Below the pieces are notes generated by a model, which was not told the DNA's origin, made no database searches, and saw only the letters and a list, made by a program, of their open reading frames with translations. This document shows, one piece after another, positions 47,285 through 57,088 of a stretch of DNA of 64,000 nucleotides. The position numbers and the translations under genes are program-made. Position 1 is the first letter of the stretch, and each line of letters begins with the position of its first letter. The stretch covers positions 86,055 to 150,054 of the IMG/VR virus record IMGVR_UViG_3300045988_131786; one strand, given 5' to 3'. The stretch is from a virus.

Positions 47285-47485
47285 TTATTCGCCATAAAGC
47301 AAATCTAAAACCATTTCATCCAAATCGAATAATTGCTCAAAATCCACTTCGCTAGTTATATTTTCTATTTTGCCTGAAGCTACTTCTTCAGTATACTCAC
47401 CAGATTCTACTTTTTTCTCTATTTCACAAATCTGTCTAGCCATTCTTCTAAGCTGCTTTTTCCCGAAGGATTTTCGAGTGGTCAT
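47285..47485 (-). CDS. Hypothetical small protein
   Basis: ORF. Confidence 0.3.
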   Translation of the reverse strand: MTTRKSFGKKQLRRMARQICEIEKKVESGEYTEEVASGKIENITSEVDFEQLFDLDEMVLDLLYGE

Positions 47486-47533
47486 TTATTTTTTCTCCTT
47501 AATATTTATTACATTTATAGTATACTTAAATTT

Positions 47534-49492
47534 TTAAAAAAAATCAAAGTATTTTTCCTTGAAATCTTTTTCCGACATAATGGGGATACCCAATTTCTTA
47601 GCAGAAACATTTTTAGAACTAGAACTATTAACATCATTATTGATTAAAATATTTGTATTCTTGCTTACAGAGCCAACAACCTGGCCGCCGCAAGATTCAA
47701 TAAGTTCTTTAAGTTCATTTCTATTTTTAAAAGTTGATAATTTGCCTGTGATTACGACTTTAATACCAGATAAACTCTGACTATGTTCTTCTTTTGGTTC
47801 TATTTCATTAAAAATGATAATACCTTTATCAACCATTTCCTTAGCCAATACATAGTCAAAATTAATTAAAGCATCATGCATTTCTGGTCCAAAACCATCC
47901 CAAAGATAAAACTTATTCATAGAATTTATATCATTAATAAAATTATCCCAAGTTCCTTCTTTTTCAGCTATAATTTTAGCATATCTTCTTCCAATTAAAG
48001 GAATTCCCAACGCCGCAATATAGTTCTCCAAATTACAGTGCCGTGCAGTTTCAATAGACTCAAGCATCTTATCAACTGATTTAACTCCAAAACCATCCTT
48101 TTTAATCCAATCTTCCCTGTATTCTTTTAAATTAAAAATATCTTCAGCACAATTAATCCAACCCCAGTCAATTAATTTACCAAAAGTAGCTTTAGATATT
48201 CCTTTTATATCAAGACCTTTTTTACCCGCAAAATGCTCAATACGATTAATAAGCTTTCCATCGCAATCTGGGTTCATACAAAAAAGATTCACTACTCCAG
48301 AAGCAGAAATAATTAATTTTGTTTCACCGCCGCATACAGGACATTTAGTAGGTACTTGAAATACACCATTAATCTTTTCTATTGGCTCTACTTCTGCCCG
48401 CACAATTTGCGGAATAATCATATTCATCTTAGCGACATATACTTTCTGACCTCTATATGGTGTAGTTAATGTTTGCATAAGGACACTTACATTGTGCATA
48501 CTTGCCCGAGATACAGTTGTACCATCTATTTCTATTGGATCAAAAATTGCAATAGGGGTTAAAATAGAAGTTCTTCCCATACTCCACTCAATATCTTGAA
48601 GTGTAGTCTCATATTCTTCATCATAAAATTTAAAAGCATAAGCTGCTCTTGCGTGATGACCAGTTTCACCAAGATTAGTACCATATGCTACATCATCAAA
48701 ACGTCCAACTAAACCATCAGAAGGATAACCAAGTTTCTTTGCGGTTTCAACAAGATAATCTTTTGCATCCTGGTCAAAAGAAGAAATATAAGGTACAATA
48801 AGAAAACCTAACTTTTTTACTGCATCTAAACGTGCCATAAAAGAATTTTCATCATAAAAACCTTTTACAACATTCCATACAACGAAAGTTAAATGGCGCT
48901 TCTTACATTCATTTGCATCCAAAAGACGAATACTTCCAGAAGCAAAATTACGAGGATTTTTATACTCATCCTTAAATTTCTCAAAGTCACTTATTGTACA
49001 AATAACTTCACCATCAATAACCAATTCACTATCATAATCAATATACTGTGGCACTGAAGTTAAAGTTAAAATGTTATGAAGAATATCCTCACCAATTTCT
49101 CCATTGCCCCTTGTTTCTGCGGAAATCAGTTTACCACCCGCATATCGCAAACTACAAGTTAAACCATCAAGCTTAATCATTCCACAAACATCTTTTGAAG
49201 AATCCAAACCCGAAAAATAGTTAAGAAATTCATCCCAGTCTTTAGTTTTATCCAAAGAAAGCATTTTATGATTATGTTTAACTTTTTTAAGTTCAGATTT
49301 AACTTCATATGAGATTTTACCTGTTGGAGAACCCGGTAACGCAATGCCAGATTCGTCTTCAAATTTCTTTAATTCAAAGTATAGTTCATCCCATTCTTTA
49401 TCTGAGACTACTGGATGTCCTTCATCATATGCTTTTGTCCACTTATTTAAAATTTGAATCAATTCATACATCTTTTTTTCAATCTTATCCAT
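47534..49492 (-). CDS. ligA: NAD-dependent DNA ligase
   Basis: Adenylation motif IKLDGLT (KxDG). Zinc finger CPVCGG...CMNPDC. C-terminal BRCT-like region. 652 aa. Confidence 0.85.
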   Translation of the reverse strand: MDKIEKKMYELIQILNKWTKAYDEGHPVVSDKEWDELYFELKKFEDESGIALPGSPTGKISYEVKSELKKVKHNHKMLSLDKTKDWDEFLNYFSGLDSSKDVCGMIKLDGLTCSLRYAGGKLISAETRGNGEIGEDILHNILTLTSVPQYIDYDSELVIDGEVICTISDFEKFKDEYKNPRNFASGSIRLLDANECKKRHLTFVVWNVVKGFYDENSFMARLDAVKKLGFLIVPYISSFDQDAKDYLVETAKKLGYPSDGLVGRFDDVAYGTNLGETGHHARAAYAFKFYDEEYETTLQDIEWSMGRTSILTPIAIFDPIEIDGTTVSRASMHNVSVLMQTLTTPYRGQKVYVAKMNMIIPQIVRAEVEPIEKINGVFQVPTKCPVCGGETKLIISASGVVNLFCMNPDCDGKLINRIEHFAGKKGLDIKGISKATFGKLIDWGWINCAEDIFNLKEYREDWIKKDGFGVKSVDKMLESIETARHCNLENYIAALGIPLIGRRYAKIIAEKEGTWDNFINDINSMNKFYLWDGFGPEMHDALINFDYVLAKEMVDKGIIIFNEIEPKEEHSQSLSGIKVVITGKLSTFKNRNELKELIESCGGQVVGSVSKNTNILINNDVNSSSSKNVSAKKLGIPIMSEKDFKEKYFDFF

Positions 49493-49648
49493 GTAATCTC
49501 TCCATTTCTAATACTATATAATTTGAAGCAAATTGTATTATTGTTAAGCCTTTTAAAGATAAATTAATAAAATCTTCTAATGTCATAGTTATTAATCCCT
49601 GGAAATAGATAGTTGCTCTATCTCCAGGTTGTAACTCATATGCTCTTA

Positions 49649-51985
49649 TCATACTTTTGTTATTGAACTAATATTACCATGCTTAATTAACTGATTTCCA
49701 ATAGCATTTCTACCTTGCAGAGGAATATCTTTAGCAGAAATACAAATTGAATTTGGTACTCCCACTAGAAGAATAGAATCTTCATCAGAAATTAAACTTG
49801 CGCCAATAACCTCTCCAGATACATCTGTTGGTTTATAACAAATTAAGCCTTTTCCTGCTCGTTTTTGTCTAATAGCTTCTTTAAGAGAAACTTTCTTTCC
49901 GAGACCTTTCTCAGAAACAATAGCAATTTGGTCATCTTCATGACGGACTGGTAAAGCTGAAACAACCTCATCTCCATCTGCAAGATTAATACCTTTCATA
50001 CCCATCGTCGCACGAGAGCTAGAAGTAATCTCACTAGAAGCAAATCTAATCATCATACCTTTTTTGGTAATAAGAAGAATATCTTCATCCTTAATAAGAT
50101 TTACAGAAGCTAAACTATCATCTTCCCGCAAATTAATTGCCGCAAGACCAGTTTTCTTTTTAGTCTTAATATATTCTTCAAGACTTGTTTTCTTAACGAT
50201 ACCATTTTTAGTTGCAAATAAAACATAATTTGCATCAGTATCTCTATAAATGGAATAAATGAGAGTTGGCTTTTCATCACTTTCCATTTCAATAAGAGAT
50301 TGTAATGACTGACCTTTAGTTGCATTTGTTCCTACTGGAATATTATCAACTAAGATACGATACATTTTACCTTTATTTGTAAATACCATAAGAGAATCAA
50401 TAGTATTTGTGCGGATAACCGCAGATACAACATCATTCTCGGTTTTAATACCTTTTCCATTTCTTCTCTGGGTGCGGAAACTAGAACTTGGGATTCTCTT
50501 AACAAGACCACCTTCTGTCATAACCACAACACATTTTTCTGGTTCTACAAATGCAATTTCTTTTTCTTCTGGTTTAATTTCAATATGAGTTAATTCTGTT
50601 TTTCTAGGATTACCATATTTTTTTACAAGCGTAAAAATATTTTCAACTAATATATCTTTACGTTTATCAGCACTTTCAAGCAATTCAATTAAATTTGCTA
50701 TAGTTGCATTTAGTTCATTTAATTCATCTTTAATTTTAATTCCGTCTAATTTTGTTAATTGACCAATCGTCATTTTTAATACACAATCAGCTTGATGAGA
50801 ATTAAAATTCCATTTAGTCATTAAATTATTTTTTGCTTCTGCTTTATTATTACTATTTCTAACTATTTCAATTATTTCATCAATATGAGCAATAGCAATT
50901 AATAAACCTTCACATTCTTCTTTTCTTAATTCAGCTTTTTCTTTATCAAAATTATATTCACGAACTAAACATTCATCATTATGTTTATATAATAATTGAA
51001 AATATCTCTCAGTATTTACGAGTTGAGGAATTTTATCAATTAATAAATTTTGATTAGCTGAATATGATTTTTGTAAATCAGTTTTTTTATAAAGCATTTG
51101 TAATACTTTATAGGGGTCAGCTTTTTTATCACAAATTATTTTAATATTAATTCCTTTTTTACCAGAATTATTTAGAATATCTGCTACACCAGGTAATTCA
51201 TCTTGGTCATATAATTTTTTAAAATCTTCCATTAAATCTCTTACACAAGTTTGATAGCAGATTTCTGTAATAATAATTGTATTTTTCTCAACTTCTGCTT
51301 TAGCTCTTAAAACAACTTTACCTTTTCCAGTCTTTAAAATAGTATCTAACTCTTTCTGATTTATAATTATACCGCCAGAAGGAAAAGAAGGACTTAATGT
51401 ATAATCCATTTTTCCTGTTTTAATATAATTAGCATAAGCCGTTGATACTTCAGCTAAATCATAAGGTAACCATTTTTGGGCGATTGTAGTTCCAATCCCT
51501 TCACTACCATTAATCATTAATGTTGGAAGTGGAGAAGGAAGTACCTCTGGCCACTCAACTGTTTCATCAAAATTCATGATGAATGGAACATTTTTCTTTT
51601 TAATTCCAGTAAACATCTCTAATCCAGCTTTACTAAGTCTTACTTCTGTATAACGACTAGAAGCTGCTTCTGGAATAATTTGGTTACCATTAGAACCATG
51701 AAATTCACAAAGAGGAACATTATTTGTAAATCCCTGAGACATACGAGCAAAAGTCTCATAAATAGCTGTATCACCATGCGGCCAAAGCTCTGCGATAACT
51801 CCACCAGATACCTTGGCGCTCTTTACGTGAGGTTTATTTGGAAGATAACCTCGTCTATACATTTCATATAAACAAGCTCTTTGTCCCGGTTTTAATCCAT
51901 CAATTGCAGGGAAAGCTCGCTCTACATTGGTTTGATAACAATAATCCAAAAAGTCTTGTGACATCTCTTCAATAAAATCTATCAT
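49649..51985 (-). CDS. Type II DNA topoisomerase, DNA-cleavage (GyrA/ParC-like) subunit
   Basis: ELWPHGDTAIYETFARMSQGF matches the GyrA HPHGD motif region. 778 aa. Confidence 0.8.
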   Translation of the reverse strand: MIDFIEEMSQDFLDYCYQTNVERAFPAIDGLKPGQRACLYEMYRRGYLPNKPHVKSAKVSGGVIAELWPHGDTAIYETFARMSQGFTNNVPLCEFHGSNGNQIIPEAASSRYTEVRLSKAGLEMFTGIKKKNVPFIMNFDETVEWPEVLPSPLPTLMINGSEGIGTTIAQKWLPYDLAEVSTAYANYIKTGKMDYTLSPSFPSGGIIINQKELDTILKTGKGKVVLRAKAEVEKNTIIITEICYQTCVRDLMEDFKKLYDQDELPGVADILNNSGKKGINIKIICDKKADPYKVLQMLYKKTDLQKSYSANQNLLIDKIPQLVNTERYFQLLYKHNDECLVREYNFDKEKAELRKEECEGLLIAIAHIDEIIEIVRNSNNKAEAKNNLMTKWNFNSHQADCVLKMTIGQLTKLDGIKIKDELNELNATIANLIELLESADKRKDILVENIFTLVKKYGNPRKTELTHIEIKPEEKEIAFVEPEKCVVVMTEGGLVKRIPSSSFRTQRRNGKGIKTENDVVSAVIRTNTIDSLMVFTNKGKMYRILVDNIPVGTNATKGQSLQSLIEMESDEKPTLIYSIYRDTDANYVLFATKNGIVKKTSLEEYIKTKKKTGLAAINLREDDSLASVNLIKDEDILLITKKGMMIRFASSEITSSSRATMGMKGINLADGDEVVSALPVRHEDDQIAIVSEKGLGKKVSLKEAIRQKRAGKGLICYKPTDVSGEVIGASLISDEDSILLVGVPNSICISAKDIPLQGRNAIGNQLIKHGNISSITKV

Positions 51986-53907
51986 TCTTCACTCTCCCAT
52001 AAATCATTTGCTTTATTTCCATTAGCTAATAAAAACTGTCTTCTTCCAGTAACACTTGTTCCCATTAACATTTCAAGATGTTTTTCAGCTTTTATAGCAT
52101 CTTCAACGACTAATTGTTTTACGTTTCTTGTTTTTGGGTCAAGAAGAACATCTGATAATTCATCTGCATCGCACTCTCCAAGACCTTTCATACGATTTAC
52201 TCTATATTTTTCACCAATATGTTTCTTTTTATAATCCTCTAAAGCCTGAGCATCTTTAATATAAATATATTCATTTTTATTTGTTGTTATTCTAAATAAA
52301 GGCGCATATGCTACATAAAAATGACCATTTATAATAAGTTCTGGACATAAACTCCAAAGATTAACAGCAATTAACATTCTGATATTTTGTCCGTCTGGAT
52401 CACCATCTGTATCTGCAATAATCTTACCATAACGCAATTTACTTTTATCATAAATTAATTTGCCCTTATCATTAAGCTCTAATCCTAAAGCTTTAATAAG
52501 ATTATTCACTTCTTGATTAGCCATTACTTTTTCATTTTTATTTTTAAAACTATTTATCATTTTTCCTCTAATCGGGAAAATAGCCTGATACTCAGCTATT
52601 CTCGCACCAACTAGACCTGAAGCAGCACTATCCCCCTCACAGATATGCAATTCCGCCTCCAAACGATTTTCAGTAGAACAATCAACTAACTTAGATGGAA
52701 GATTTGCTAATTTAGATTTTTTATTACCTTTTGTGGCTCTAGCAACTTCACGAGCTTTCTTTGCCGCATTTCTAGCTCTTCGCGCAAGTAATGCCTTTTC
52801 AATAATTGTTTTTACATCTTTTGGATTTTCATTCATCCATTCAACAAAATTTACATTAATTGCTTCAAGAATAAGAGCCTTATCAATGTCTGTTACACGT
52901 ACTTTAGTCTGGCTATCATATTTAACAGATTTTGCTTTTAAATTAAATACAATAATTAATCCTTCATTTAATTCTGCGCCAGTTAAATTTGTTTCATCTT
53001 TTTTATATAATTTATTGTCATTTGCATATTTATTTAATGCACGAGTTAAATTTGCTCTAAGGGTAGTAAGATGAATACCACTTTCTACTTTACCATAATT
53101 GACATAGCTTACAATATCTTCTGAATAACCAGAAGTATAAGTCATACAAATATCAATTAAATCATTACCTTTAACAATATGTGCATTAAAACGCTTTTTG
53201 ATAATTTCATCATCTTTAACTTTTTCATCCACAAGGTCATTAATACCATTCTTAGAATGAAAATCTTCTTCTTTTCCATCAATAATCAATTTAATAGTTA
53301 AAGTTGGACTAAGAGCAGACTCTTCTTTAAATAATGTGCGGATGTCATTCAAATTTGCTTCTGGATTTTGAAAGAATTGCGGGTCTGGAATATAGGTAAC
53401 TTTAGTGCCATGAACCCCAACTTTTTCTTTAGTAATTTCTCTTTTCTGGAATAAACCATCCTTATACCAAAGTGTTTCTCTTTGACCTTTACCATCAGAT
53501 GTAGTAATCATTGAGCTGGATGAAAGGAAGCAAACAAGCTTCATACCAATTCCATTAAGTCCAAGTGCACTACCACCATAAATAGAATCATCAGAATCAT
53601 CATATTTACCAGAAGTATTAATTACTGAAAAACATTCAGAAAGCATTGTTTCACCATCTGGTCTTTCTACTCCTGGAATAAAACCTTGTGCAAAATCTTC
53701 ACAAGTATATTCATTTTTCTTTGTATCCACACTAATGATAATTTCAGTTCCATGACCGATAATATGTTCATCATGTGCATTTGCAAATAGCTCTTTTAAA
53801 AGCTGTGTACTATATTCAGTAGAACCACAATATGTACTAGGTCTTTTTCTTGTAAATTCTCTAGCATCAATATGTTGCGTACTATTCTCATTATACTTTT
53901 TTGACAT
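51982..53907 (-). CDS. Type II DNA topoisomerase, ATPase (GyrB/ParE-like) subunit
   Basis: Toprim ICEGDSAASG and PIRGKMIN motifs; N-terminal GHKL ATPase region. Confidence 0.8.
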   Translation of the reverse strand: MSKKYNENSTQHIDAREFTRKRPSTYCGSTEYSTQLLKELFANAHDEHIIGHGTEIIISVDTKKNEYTCEDFAQGFIPGVERPDGETMLSECFSVINTSGKYDDSDDSIYGGSALGLNGIGMKLVCFLSSSSMITTSDGKGQRETLWYKDGLFQKREITKEKVGVHGTKVTYIPDPQFFQNPEANLNDIRTLFKEESALSPTLTIKLIIDGKEEDFHSKNGINDLVDEKVKDDEIIKKRFNAHIVKGNDLIDICMTYTSGYSEDIVSYVNYGKVESGIHLTTLRANLTRALNKYANDNKLYKKDETNLTGAELNEGLIIVFNLKAKSVKYDSQTKVRVTDIDKALILEAINVNFVEWMNENPKDVKTIIEKALLARRARNAAKKAREVARATKGNKKSKLANLPSKLVDCSTENRLEAELHICEGDSAASGLVGARIAEYQAIFPIRGKMINSFKNKNEKVMANQEVNNLIKALGLELNDKGKLIYDKSKLRYGKIIADTDGDPDGQNIRMLIAVNLWSLCPELIINGHFYVAYAPLFRITTNKNEYIYIKDAQALEDYKKKHIGEKYRVNRMKGLGECDADELSDVLLDPKTRNVKQLVVEDAIKAEKHLEMLMGTSVTGRRQFLLANGNKANDLWESEE

Positions 53908-54096
53908 AAAGAATTTTTCCTTTCTCTTTATTCTTTATATATTATATAAAAATTTTTATAAAAAATCAATAAGATTATGATTTTATCGTGAAAGTATTTT
54001 TTATTAAAATTAGTTAACTGTAGAATTGCTAGAGTTAATAAAAAATATTGAATCTTAATTTTCCGGAGAAATATACTACTGTTAAAAAATTTACAT

Positions 54097-54125
54097 TTGA
54101 CTTTGGAAAAAATTTTTTCTACAAT
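54097..54125 (+). promoter_or_regulatory. Near-consensus sigma70-type promoter (TTGACT - 17 nt - TACAAT) on the + strand inside a - strand intergenic region
   Basis: TTGACT at 54097..54102, a 17-nt spacer, TACAAT at 54120..54125, and an A/T-rich upstream tract. Confidence 0.4.
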
Positions 54126-54131
54126 AAACAT

Positions 54132-54290
54132 ATGGAAAAGAAAAAAAGGGAAAAAGTTTAGTTTAATTATTATATATAAATAATATTTTTTATTAATATA
54201 GGGCGGTTTTGGAAATAAAATGGAAATAATCTCTCTTTAAATAAATATAAGAAGACAGGATACTTAATTGCATCCTGTCTTTATTTTGTT
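54132..54290 (+). ncRNA. Candidate small RNA of about 160 nt, from the predicted + strand promoter to a rho-independent terminator, antisense to the topoisomerase ATPase leader region
   Basis: Promoter as above. The terminator hairpin 54252..54281 (aagacaggat/atcctgtctt) is followed by ttattttg. Only tiny peptides are possible in the interval. Confidence 0.3.
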
Positions 54291-54767
54291 TATAATAATA
54301 TTTAATTTAGGTTTATTATCCGCCGCCAAGGCATCTGCTAACTCATTACCTATAATTCCCGCATGTCCGTGTACCTTTAATATATTTATATTCTTTTTCT
54401 TCTTTTGGATTCCTTGAATATTTTCTTGCCAATATAATGGATACATTTTTTCAAATAAATCTTGATTTTTAACTTCTTGATTCTTTGGACGTTTCCAATT
54501 TGCTTTTCGCCAACCTAAAACCCAATCATTCATAGCATTAACGCAATAAGCCGAATCGCAATATATATTAATTTCTTCATCTTCTGGAAGATTATTTGCA
54601 AATAATAAACCATAAGCTAAAGCTGTTAATTCCATTCTATTATTAGTTACCTCGTCTTGGTATTCTGCTCTATGAGTTATATAATGCCCGTCTTTATAAA
54701 TTACAGTTGCCCATCCACCTTTTCCTGGATTCCCTTTACTGCTTCCATCACAATATATTTCAAACAT
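54264..54767 (-). CDS. rnhA: Ribonuclease H
   Basis: IYCDGSSKGNPGKGGWATVI start; conserved RNase HI acidic residues; HGHAGIIGNELADALA. Confidence 0.8.
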   Translation of the reverse strand: MFEIYCDGSSKGNPGKGGWATVIYKDGHYITHRAEYQDEVTNNRMELTALAYGLLFANNLPEDEEINIYCDSAYCVNAMNDWVLGWRKANWKRPKNQEVKNQDLFEKMYPLYWQENIQGIQKKKKNINILKVHGHAGIIGNELADALAADNKPKLNIIINKIKTGCN

Positions 54768-54866
54768 TTTCTATCACCTTTATTTCTCTTTTAAATATAT
54801 TACTGTAAAAAAGTTATAAAATCAAGAAAAGCCCTATGCAGATATAAAATCTACATAGGGCTAAAA

Positions 54867-55325
54867 TTAACCTTGTGCTTCTTCTTCATCAGAAGTATTT
54901 TCTTCTGTTGAATTACTTTCATTATTATTTAATGATTGTTGTGCCATCATATAAGTTATTCCATTGGCAGTATTTTCTTTAGTGGCTTTTACTGCATAAA
55001 CTGCAAAACCCATTACTTCAGTTACCACTGCTCCAATGAGAGTAACTAATGGAGAGAAATCCATTGGATTTCCTGTCATGCTTGAAATTTTTAAACTCTG
55101 TGCGGTTGCCCATCCTGTAAATAATTCCACAAGGGTACAATTTATAAATAAAAACCCAATTAAAAACTTAGTTGTTGACATTTTTTTGGGTTTCCGCATT
55201 TCTCTTTTTTCTTCGTGCAGTTTTTGTTTTCTTTCAAGAATAACTTTTTCTGCATTCCAATATATTTCTTCTCTTTTAATTTCGTGTTCTTGTTCACGCA
55301 GACTCTTCTTTCTAAAAAGTCCCAT
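54867..55325 (-). CDS. Putative holin (two transmembrane segments, charged termini)
   Basis: Hydrophobic segments FLIGFLFINCTLVELFTGWA and LVTLIGAVVTEVMGFAVYAV. Charged N- and C-termini. Immediately downstream of the endolysin gene. Confidence 0.45.
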   Translation of the reverse strand: MGLFRKKSLREQEHEIKREEIYWNAEKVILERKQKLHEEKREMRKPKKMSTTKFLIGFLFINCTLVELFTGWATAQSLKISSMTGNPMDFSPLVTLIGAVVTEVMGFAVYAVKATKENTANGITYMMAQQSLNNNESNSTEENTSDEEEAQG

Positions 55326-55327
55326 AA

Positions 55328-57034
55328 TTATTTCTTTCTAAGATAATCTTTAGAAGCAAATCCAGTATAAATTACATTTTTATAAGTAAATTGGATATAA
55401 AGCCAAATATCACCATTAGATACATTATAATATCCATAATTTTTTACTTTTGTTCCTTTTGGAATTGCTACTAAAACTGATTTTTTAGTTCCAGCGCCAT
55501 CTCTAACATTTAAAGTTCCACCGTTAGTACTTACTACATAAGTTCCTGCAAGATTTTTATTAAAAGAGTCTGCTCCTTGCTTTGCTGTAACTTTTTTAAT
55601 GTTAGTTGTAGCTGTAGTTGTTTGTTGCTTTTTATTAGCAACATATTTATAATAACTATTTTTTTCACAAGATGTATATGCATATCCTTTTGCTGCGCCA
55701 GGCCATACGATCTTATACCAATTATTACTTGTTTTTCCAAGAACTTCAACTGCAGTTCCCGCAGTAATTAAACCATAAGAAGTATAAGAAGTTCCATTAC
55801 CAGCACGAATATTCATTTCGCATAAAGCTGTTGCAGTTCCAATTCCTTTTCCACAATATGATTTATTTCCTTGTGGAACTTTATTTCCACCTGTAGTAGT
55901 AGAAGTACCTGGATTAAAACTTACATGAGCGCCTTTAGTTACATTTGTAGCTGTATGTGAACGTTCATTAAGAAGAATATCTCCAGGAAGTAAATATCCA
56001 TAACCAGAGGTATATTTACTATCAGTTAAAATAGTAAATCCTGCTCGACTATATGCAGCTCTCATATCGCCTGTATAAGTTGCGCTAATAGTTTGAAGTG
56101 CTGGAATACCGAGTAAATATCCTACAGCTCTAGTATTTGCAATAACGCCAGCAGAACAATCATCTTCACATTTTTTTGTAATTTTAGATGGATCATATCC
56201 AACCAATCTTAAATTATTCCAGTAGCTATCTCTTCCATATTGGTCATATCCAATATTATCGTTTAAAGCTGCGGCACATCCTAGTTCTGCCAATTTCAGA
56301 CCTACTTGTGGATTTTTTGTATATCTAATTACACAATTCCATGGTCTATTATACCAAGAGCGGAGATACCACTCGTCACCAGTTTGGTCACCTGCGGCGC
56401 CACCATGATATTGACCATTCTCATCATGCCCAGAATTAGAAATATAATGAGTTCCTTTACTATAAATATAATTATCATAATTTCCCATATTAGTTACTTT
56501 ACCTCCTGCATATTTATTATAATATTGCTTTCCATAATTTGCTCTTGTGGTTTTTACGCTACTTCCTGTATTTGCTGGACATTCAAATCTCGTTAGCACT
56601 ATATCAGATGCTTCTTGAACACTTTTTGCATTTTTTAATGTTTTTAATACTGTTGGATAAGTTGTAGTTAATTCTTTTATTAACCATTCTAATTGTGTAT
56701 TTTCATCACTGATTGATACACCTTTTGATTTTACTAAATCATATAAACCCGCTTTTCGACTAGGGCTAGTCCATTGACACAAACCATAGCCATAACGTTT
56801 GCCAGGTAAAGGATTTAAAAATGTAGCTCTAGAAATTCTACCAGAATCTATTGCCGCAGTATAAGTAACATCATTGTAATTTTGTCCATTTTGAGAAAGT
56901 CGTTTTAAACATAGCATTTCTACTCTATTGGCTCTCATGCCAGATTCAGCATAAATATTTCCCATTAAACCTGCAACGCCATATTCATTTCCAAGTTGCT
57001 TTAATAAATAATCCCATATGTTCTTGTCCGTCAT
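55328..57034 (-). CDS. Endolysin (peptidoglycan hydrolase) with an N-terminal catalytic domain and C-terminal SH3b-like cell-wall-binding repeats
   Basis: N-terminal GLMGNIYAESG-type lysozyme/glucosaminidase-like motif. C-terminal repeats such as TSNNWYKIVWPGAAKGYAYTS and GDIWLYIQFTYKNVIYTGFASKDYL are typical of SH3b. Confidence 0.6.
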   Translation of the reverse strand: MTDKNIWDYLLKQLGNEYGVAGLMGNIYAESGMRANRVEMLCLKRLSQNGQNYNDVTYTAAIDSGRISRATFLNPLPGKRYGYGLCQWTSPSRKAGLYDLVKSKGVSISDENTQLEWLIKELTTTYPTVLKTLKNAKSVQEASDIVLTRFECPANTGSSVKTTRANYGKQYYNKYAGGKVTNMGNYDNYIYSKGTHYISNSGHDENGQYHGGAAGDQTGDEWYLRSWYNRPWNCVIRYTKNPQVGLKLAELGCAAALNDNIGYDQYGRDSYWNNLRLVGYDPSKITKKCEDDCSAGVIANTRAVGYLLGIPALQTISATYTGDMRAAYSRAGFTILTDSKYTSGYGYLLPGDILLNERSHTATNVTKGAHVSFNPGTSTTTGGNKVPQGNKSYCGKGIGTATALCEMNIRAGNGTSYTSYGLITAGTAVEVLGKTSNNWYKIVWPGAAKGYAYTSCEKNSYYKYVANKKQQTTTATTNIKKVTAKQGADSFNKNLAGTYVVSTNGGTLNVRDGAGTKKSVLVAIPKGTKVKNYGYYNVSNGDIWLYIQFTYKNVIYTGFASKDYLRKK

Positions 57035-57088
57035 ATTTTTCTCCTTTCAAAATTTTATAATAAAAAAGGAAGACCTTTTGGTCTTCCT

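Noticed and set aside
49592-49626. An imperfect hairpin (cctggaaatagatag...ctatctccagg) between the topoisomerase and ligase genes, considered as a terminator
   Set aside because: No U-tract follows on the - strand and the stem is imperfect. It may be an RNA processing site but the evidence is weak.
53908-54263. A tRNA search of the long AT-rich intergenic regions (also 34166..34362 and 59060..59227)
   Set aside because: No convincing cloverleaf with a GTTC-type T-loop could be recognised by eye. A tRNAscan-SE run would be needed to exclude tRNAs.
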